Source: Methanobrevibacter sp. (GTDB lineage: Archaea > Methanobacteriota > Methanobacteria > Methanobacteriales > Methanobacteriaceae). Taken from it: a stretch of 64,000 nt of DNA. Shown in pieces: positions 39,340 to 48,000 of this stretch. The notes below the pieces were generated by a model. The model was given only the letters and a program-made list of their open reading frames with translations, did not search any database and had not been told where the DNA came from. A program made the position numbers and the translations under genes. Every line of letters begins with the position of its first letter. Position 1 is the stretch's first letter. The stretch lies in assembly GCF_045116495.1 (NCBI RefSeq), contig NZ_JBGULU010000036.1, forward strand, positions 1,026 to 65,025. The letters run 5' to 3'.

Positions 39340-40441
39340 CAGGAGGCTACAGGTATTGTTAAGTTTGAAGTTACTGGTGCTGAGGAGTATACTGTTTATG
39401 CTGATGTTTTAAACGGCAAAGCAGTAATGGAAGATGTCCTTTCTGCTGGTGATTATACTGTTGTTGCTACTTATATGGGTGATGAAAACTTCAATTCCAA
39501 CACTACACTTGCATCATTTAATGTAGAAAAAGAACCTGTAATCATTCCAATTGCTTCTGAATTCAGTGACATAACTATCGGCGATGATTTAAGCATAAAT
39601 ATTGTCCTTAAAGATGAAAACGGTGATGTCATTGCAAATGCTCCTATTACGTATGTAGTAAACGGTACTGCAGGTACAACCACTACTGCTGCTGACGGTT
39701 CATTTACAATCAATGCAGTAAACGGTGCAAAAGTTGAAATTAAATACGCTGGAAATGAAACAATCCTGCCTACTAATTTAACATTGACATTCAATGTTCC
39801 GGTTGGTCCTGTTGTTGTTAAAACAGACACTCACTTCAACATTCCGGGTAATGCAATAACAATTAACGGATATGCGGTTGATACTAAAGCTGGTGAAAAA
39901 GGTATTCCTTATGCTACAGAACTGCTTGATGCAAACGGAAAACCAATAGAAGGTGCTAAAATACAGTTTGGAGTAAACAACAAAATATACAAAAGAACAA
40001 CCAATGAAAATGGAAGCTTTACTCCATATAATCTGGATATGATTAGGGCTGGAAGATACACAATGGCATTCTCATTCGGAGGAGATGATAACTACAATAG
40101 TACATTTGCCGTTGTCTGCGTTGATTTGGATAAAAAACCAATCACAATCAAAGCAAGCGCAAAAACCTATAAAGCAAGTGTAAAAAACAAAAAAATACAC
40201 TGTAACTCTTAAGACTATTGTGGGATCTTCTGCTGATGGCAAGGTGTATCTTAAATCCGGTAAGAAAGTTACTCTGCAGGTAAACGGTAAAATATTCTCT
40301 GGAAAAACCAACTCCAAAGGACAAGTCACCTTCAAAATAACTAATTTAAATAAAAAGGCCAAATATAAGGCTAAAATCAGTTACGCAGGTGACATTACAT
40401 ACGAAGCCGCAACAAAAACTGTAACTTTAACAGTCAAATAG
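39340..40441 (+). pseudogene. 5'-truncated, frameshifted adhesin-like protein fragment
   Basis: No signal peptide or start; Ig-like repeats; an extra A in the A7 run at 40189-40195 splits the Lys-rich C-terminal domain (..VKNKK/YTVTLKTIVGSS..). Confidence 0.8.
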
Positions 40442-40471
40442 TGAGATTATGCTCTCACTATACTTTTTTTT
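40438..40471 (+). terminator. Hairpin plus T-tract terminator
   Basis: atagtgaga-ttatgc-tctcactat followed by a T run at the adhesin fragment stop. Confidence 0.6.
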
Positions 40472-40579
40472 ATTTTTTCTGGGTTTTAATTTAGTGTTTT
40501 ATTTAAATTCAGTGTATTAGAGTATATTTTTTTATTTTTTTTACTAAATTTTCAAGACAATTGTATTGTATTTTGATAT

Positions 40580-40892
40580 ATATCATGAAGGTTTCAGAAC
40601 CTACAATAGCCGGTGCTTTGAAATATTAAAGGAACAGGTTGATGATTTGGACAGAATCATTTTGCTTCCGATATTTGAATCTCACGATCTCCACACAAAA
40701 TTGGATATGCCGGGATTACTTGGAATTGAAAGTGATTTTGATGAAGATGTGGTATTAGGTCATTTTCACCACCATTATGACCATGATGACGAAAAAATTG
40801 AATTCGATAGTGAAATCGTATTGACAGATCCTTTAGGAATCGATACACGTCTATATGAAATTATCAAAGACAGGGTTTCAGATTATTTATAG
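40580..40892 (+). pseudogene. Degenerate chimeric cbiX/cfbA copy
   Basis: 5' part resembles 37745-37840 (MKVSEPTIAGA..EILKEQVDDLD, frameshifted); 3' part resembles 38840-39115; lacks the first HGS motif. Confidence 0.82.
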
Positions 40893-40920
40893 TAAAAATT
40901 CGTTTTTTTTCCGATTTGAA

Positions 40921-41806
40921 GAGTGTTGGCAGAAATTATTTCATTTTGAACATTTTTCATTCTTCATTTTGATTTTTTTATCATTTTTTTTAAGTTTGTG
41001 ATATTAATTGCATTGAATTAATAACTGAATGTAAATCCATTTTATTTTCTTTAATGAGATTGAATAGTCTTATTAAGTTATATTAAGCTACTATTGTGAA
41101 TATTAAGTTTTGTACTCTTTTTAAACCAATAATTTGGATGTGGTCGTAGTTGTAGATTCTTTTGAAAGTTCCGTTGTGTGCTTTTACTGTCTTTGAACGT
41201 AGTTTATAGTCTTTTATTCCATCTTTACTTGACATTAATCGTTTTACTTTGTATGTAACTTTGTGAATGTATCTTGTTATTGTTCTGTGGTTGTTTGTGT
41301 AGCATATTCCTTTGTATTTATAATTTTTTCAAGTTTGATAATTGGAATAGACTAATTTGATTTTATTTTTCCATCATTTTTCTTGTGGAGACGTATATGT
41401 TCCATTAAGAGTCAATTTTTCATTATTGGGACAAATTAAAACATTTTTATACTCATCAAAAATAAAATAATCAACAGCAAATGGATTGTTAGGAAGCTTT
41501 CCTGAATTTTGTCTATTTTGCTTTTTGCTGGAATTAAAGTCCACCAATGAAATAAAATTTTGAATTTTTCTTCATCTGATTTTGATTTATCTTCTAAAAA
41601 TTCTCGTGCTGTTCTTCTAAACTTTTTAATTCATCATTTGACAATTCTTCAACCATATAATTCTTTATTAATAATCTAATATCTTTTTCTTTAATTATAT
41701 TGAAAGGAGAATTGTAATCGCTTTTAATTGTCCTATCAATCGAATATGTTCAAAATTAGTTAAAGATTGAACAGAAAATAATACTCAATAATTTCTGCCA
41801 ACACTC
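40921..41806 (-). mobile_element. Internally deleted, inactive IS element (IS1182-like DDE transposase remnant) with perfect 20-bp terminal inverted repeats
   Basis: gagtgttggcagaaattatt (40921-40940) and aataatttctgccaacactc (41787-41806); minus strand ~41040-41505 reads FIFDEYKNVLICPNNEKL...YKLRSKTVKAHNGTFK...GLKRVQ...*YNLIRL with in-frame stops. Confidence 0.85.
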
Positions 41807-42009
41807 AAATTTTCAAAACCTCAACTTATAGAAGTCAAGTTATTTCTACAACCATAGATGAAGTTATAGAAAAGGATATATTATTTAATAAATAAAATAC
41901 AATTTAATAAATATTTATATTTTTTTATTAAATGAATAATATTAATTAATAATTAGTTATTAATATTACTTTTTTATTCATTTTTTAATATCAATTGGTG
42001 GTTTTTGTG

Positions 42010-45000
42010 TTGCAACAAAATATTAAAAATTCGTTATTATTATTCACGTTTCTAATTATATTAGTTTCATCCATGTCATTCACGTTTGCACATGATTTGG
42101 ATAATTCTACTAATGATTTGAAAATGTATACTGATAATATGATATCAATGGACCCTCAAGGGGATATAATTTTTAAAAAAGAAGGATGTACTACTGATGC
42201 AGTGTCTTTAGTAAAAGATGAAGGATTGAAAGATGATGGTCAAATAGTTGAACCAATGCCTCAAGTTGATGCTGGTGTTGTTTCAGGAGGTGTTGATTAT
42301 ACTGCCATTCATCCTGCTACTACATCCGGTAATTTAGTTTATACAATTCCTGAAGACATGACAAATGTTAAATCGGCAATTGTAATTGTTAATATTTATT
42401 CAGGCAGTTATGATAATACTTATGCCCTTTATTCAAATGTAACTTTGAATACCATTAACGGGCTGGAAGTATTAGGATACGAATCATTATATTTGGATAA
42501 AAATTTAGAAAATGATCCGAATGTTTACGGCATCAACAGCCATATTACTAAACAGGGCGCTGAGTTTCAAATGATTTATGATATCACGGATAAGGTCAGC
42601 AACTTGAATTCCGGGGATGAAGTAACAATTAATGTTGATAACTTTAATTATGGGTCTAAAGAGTTTGACGGAAGGATAAAATTAATTAGCTTATTGTTTG
42701 CATATGATGACGGAGACAACGACAATTATACTTACTGGTTACATGCAGGTCAATTATGGACTCTAAGTACTGCCAGTTTTGATTTTGATACAAAAAATTA
42801 TGCCGGCAAAACAGATAACATTTCGTTAAGAAAAATTGTTTTAACCAGTAAGGCAGCCCATACCTATAAAATAAACAATATGGAATCTAATTATGATTCA
42901 GCAACTACTGGAGTTTTTAATTATAAAGACATTAGGTGGAATAATATTTCATCTAATTTTATTAAAGGAATGGACACCAATTTCTGGTTTGAATGTAGTG
43001 GTGCCTATAAAACCAGTACTGTTTTATTAATTGCAAGTGAAATTGAATCTTTAACAGAAGTTTATGTTGATTATTATAATGGTAATGATGGAAATGCAGG
43101 AACTGATAGCTCCAGCGCTTTTAAAACTATAGGTCGTGCTTTAAGTAAAGTTGAAGAAAATGGTATAATATATGTTAGCGGCACTAATTATTTAGATGGT
43201 GTTGGCGTTAATGGTTTAGATGTAAATAAAAATATTTCTATTATTGGTTTAGGTGGAAATGCTATTATTGATGCTAACAATAATTGTAGAATTTTTAATA
43301 TTGGTGCTTGTACAGTAAACTTATCTAATTTAACATTGATTAATGCTAATGTGGTTGGCGCCAGTGATAAAAGAGGAGGCGCTTTATATGTTGATGGTGC
43401 TACATTAACTGTTAATAACTGCAAGTTCACCAATGATGTTGCAGGTTCAGGTTCAACAGATGGTAGGGCAATTTATCTAAAGTCAAGTACAACAACTATC
43501 ACAAATTCTGTCTTATTGGATGGTGAAAAGAGTGTATGGGTAGATGGGGGCACAGCTTGTTTGGAAAACAATTGGTGGGGAAACACAAACACCAATAAAA
43601 ATTCCAATCCGAAAAGCTTAGGATACATCAATGTAGATGTAAATTCCTACTTGTACCTTAACATTGTCATGTTCGCTAGCGGAATGGGTGTAGGCGATAC
43701 TGCATCGGTTAATGTCATGTTAGTTTCAACTGAGGGCAGTGAAGTTGATGTATGCAATCTTCCAGTTAATTTAACTGCTGTAAATGGTGTTTTGAATGAA
43801 TATAGCATAGTTATAATGGATGGTTTGGCTTCTAGTGAGTATACAATCACAGCTGCAGGGTCTAATTCAGTCACTGCTAATGTTTTAGGAATTCAGGATA
43901 CATATACCTTATCAGCAAGTGATGTTATTTCAACTGAAGTTATTTATCTTGATTCAACTGGAGGATCAGATTCAAACTCTGGTGTTAACTGGGAAAATGC
44001 GGTTCAAACAATTGAAAAAGCAATACGTATTGTGGATGAAAATGGTGTTATTCATGTTGCAGATGGCCTTTACAGATTAAGTGATTCAACTCCAACAACA
44101 GGCATTGCCATAACCAAAAATGTTACAATCATTGGTCAGAGTATAAACTCCATTATTTCAGGCAATAATGCAAAAAGAATTTTTTCTATTGGAAAGGGCA
44201 ATACGTTAAATATTGATAAGTTAACTTTAACAAATGCCTACATTACAGGTTCCGGTCAAGTATATGGTGGCGCCATTTTAATTGAGGATGAAGGAAATAC
44301 TAACCCTATATCTGCCGGAAAATTAATAATATCCAATTCAGTAATATCAAATTCTTATGCTCCGTATGGTGGTGCAATCGGTACTAAATATGGATCAATT
44401 GATAATGTTAACAATGTAACCTTTATTAATAATAGTGCTAATTCTGGCGGTGTTTTATATATTCAAGGTACAGGCAGTATTTTCAAAATTGGAGATAACT
44501 GCAAATTTGTCAATAACACTGCTAATGGTCGTGGTTCTGCCATATATTCTCAATCTAAGGTAATTATAGGTAAAAACAATTTATTCTATGGAAACGATGC
44601 TTCTGGACAATATGGTTATGGTGCCATATGTTCTAATGGATTTGAGTTGGGAACAGGCAATGTATTTGCTGATAACAAGGCAGTGAAAGGCGGAGCATTA
44701 TATCTTGCCGGAAATAAATATGAAGGTGCAGCTAGCTATTGTATATTTATCAATAATAGGGATTCAAATGGATGTCCTGTTGATAAACAAACAGCTAAAT
44801 GTCAATTAACTCTTGATAATTGTTATTGGGGAACAAATACTCCTGATTTTAGCACTTTATGCAAGAACGGTGCAATAACCTACAATAATTATTTAATATT
44901 GACCATAACTTCAGATAACAATGAATTGCATGTGGGAGATAATGCAGTAATAAATATTGATTTAACTAAAAATCAAAATGGTGAAACTGTAGACATTGAG

Positions 45001-48000
45001 TCACTTCCTAATGTTGTTCCTTTAACATTCGCTGTTGCTAATGGTAATGTTAATCCTGTAAAAACAGAACTTGTAAATGGTGAGGCATCAACAATATATT
45101 CTCCTGCATTAATGGGAGAAGGTTCTGTAACCACCAATATTTATTCATTAGCCGAAACTTTCAATTTTGATGTATTGGCTGAAGTTGGAACAGTATTTGT
45201 TAATTATACTGGAGGTTTAGATACAAATGCTGGTGACGACTGGAATACTGCAGTTAAAACAATTAAACACGCTTTAGAAATAGTAGGAGAAGGTAAAACA
45301 ATTTATATTGCAGATGGAATTAATTATTTGGATGATGCTGGTGTTGACGGTGTAACAGTTAATAAAAATGTAAATATTATAGGAATGGGAGATAATGTTG
45401 TTATAGATGCCAATAATAATGGTAGAATATTCAATATTGGCGATTTCATTGTTAAATTATCTAATTTAATATTTATTAATGGAAATGCGAGTAGTACTAG
45501 TAATAAACGTGGAGGCGCTTTGAATGTTAATGGTGCTACATTAACTATTGGTAATTGTGAATTCATTAATAATACTGCAGGCACCGGTTCATCATATGGT
45601 GGAGCAATCAATTTAAAATCAAGTACAACTTCTATCACTGAGTCTTATTTTGAAAATAATAATGCATTCTATTTGGGTGGCGCTATTAATGCTGAAAATA
45701 ATAATGTTTTATTAAATATTTCCACTTCAACATTTAAAAACAACCTTGTTTCAGGTAGCAGCGGATTAGGTGCAGCAATTTGCTCTTATAATACTGTGAT
45801 GATTGATAAATCTATATTTTATGGAAATAGCTTTGAAACTTCAGATAAAAATGGGAAATCAATCTATGAATATGGTTCAGGAAGGCTAACAGTTACTAAT
45901 TCTATTTTATTGGATGGTAAAAAAAGTGTATGGGTTAATTCTGGCACTACTACTTTAAAAAATAACTGGTGGGGAAACGATGAAAGTACTAGAAGTATAA
46001 ATCCGAAAGATTTGGAATACACAAATGCTGATGTAAATTCATACTTAGTTTTATCCTCTAAAATTGGGCAAGATAAGGTTTACAGAGGTGATTTGGTAAC
46101 AGTAACTACTACTTTAGAAAACAATGTAGTTGAATTACCGGTAATTCTTGGATGCAATATAGGTAATATTGCTCCTATGGCTGATTTAGTCGCTACTTCT
46201 GTATCTATATATGATGCTACTGAAATTGGTGATGCAGTAATCACTATTGATGTTTTAGGCATTAAAAATGAAGTTAAATTCTCTGTAAAAGAGACACTTC
46301 CAAGAGTTTCAATCACCGATGTTAAAACCCAATGGAAAGATGGTATTTATCCTGCCGTTAACAATACTTTCACTATTATATTAGATAATGCAGAAAATGG
46401 AAATGTTGGGGGTTTAGTTCTTGAAGTTTATTCAAATGAATCAAGTGAGTTGATAGCTAGTTATAATATTGATTCGTTAGTTAGTGGAAATTCACAAATT
46501 TTAGTAACTGACCCTACAATCCGCCCAATAACCGAACAAACCGTATGGCCAGAAGCTGAAAATAATAAAATTAAATTCTCATTTAATTTAATGAGGGGTG
46601 AAGATGTAGCCTCTAGTTTAAGTGTTGATAAAATTCTTGCTTATGACGGTTATTTCAACAAAACTTATGTGTATGGCGGTCATGATAATATAATCAATAG
46701 GAATTACACAATTTCAGGAGACCTTATTATTGCAACACAGGATGTAAGTGTTTATTGTGATCAGTTTTCAAGAGAGAGAACCGAAACCTGGAATGTTCAA
46801 ACACCGCAGGACGCTGAAATCGTAAAAGTCTTTTTATACTTTAACTATAACTGGGATACATCATATTATCCTAATGGCTGGAATTTAAAATTCAATGAGG
46901 CAAATCTTATAGGTACAGAGATTAGCTATGAAAAGGATAGAGGTAATCTCGGCGGATGGGGCGCATATAATTATGGTCTATTGGTCTTTGATGTAACAGA
47001 TTACTACAAAGTGAATGAAGAAAATAGTTTTATTATTACTAAAACTGGTAATTGTGCATTGTACCCATCTACATTATATGTGTTATATAATGTTTCCGGC
47101 AGTAATTCTGTAAAAGACGTATATTTCTCAGATATTTGTGATGTATATTATCCTAATTACAATTATTTTGGTTATGATGATTTACTCAAGACTGTTGTTT
47201 TCTATAATGACATCAATGTAGATAATTTAGTTGATGCCACATTGTATGTATTTACAGGTTCATCTAGTGCAAAAGATAATTTAACATTTAATAATGGAGT
47301 TGTAGTTAATCCATTTAATGGCCATACAGCTAACGATTGCCGTCCATATGTTTTTAATGTAACCAGTTTTATTGAAACTGATAATGAAGCATGGTTCGTT
47401 ACAAGTGTTGATTCATCAACAACAGTCGCTTACGAACAAGTTTTAGTTGTTGAAAGAAATAAGGGTAACACTTCAATAAATGTGGTTAATGATAGTGTCA
47501 AATTAGGAATTGATGATGAATTTGACATAGGCGCTACTTTAATACCTTCTAACGTTGGTGAATTAACTTATAGTAGCAGTAATGATGCTGTTGCTACAGT
47601 TGTAGATGGTAAAATTGTTGCAAAAAAAGCGGGTAATGCTGTGATTAATGTTTCATTTGCAGGCAATGTTAATTATTTAGGATCTAGCACTACTGTTAAT
47701 GTCACTGTTAATAAGTTGGATGCTACTATTACTGTTTCTGATTCGTTATCTGTTGATGTTGATGGTACTGTGGATGTTGGTGTTTCTACTGATAGTGATG
47801 GTGTTTTGTCTTATAGTATTGCTGATGAGTCTGTTGCTACTGTTTCTGATGGGGGTGTTGTTTCTGGTTTGAAAGGTGGTAGTACTATTTTGAATGTTAG
47901 TGTTGCTGAGTCAGATAAGTTTAATGCTAAGTCTGTTGAGGTCGTTGTTACTGTTAATAAACTTGCTACTAATATTTATGTTGTTAATAAAACCATTGAG

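Noticed and set aside
40189..40195. A7 run as a phase-variation switch or programmed frameshift
   Set aside because: The gene already lacks its 5' end and signal peptide, so decay or a homopolymer sequencing error is more likely.
41822..41866. caactta/caagtta/gaagtta as a third heptad site (also taactta pair at 38560/38575)
   Set aside because: Only 2-3 imperfect units and not consistently in register; within chance for AT-rich DNA.
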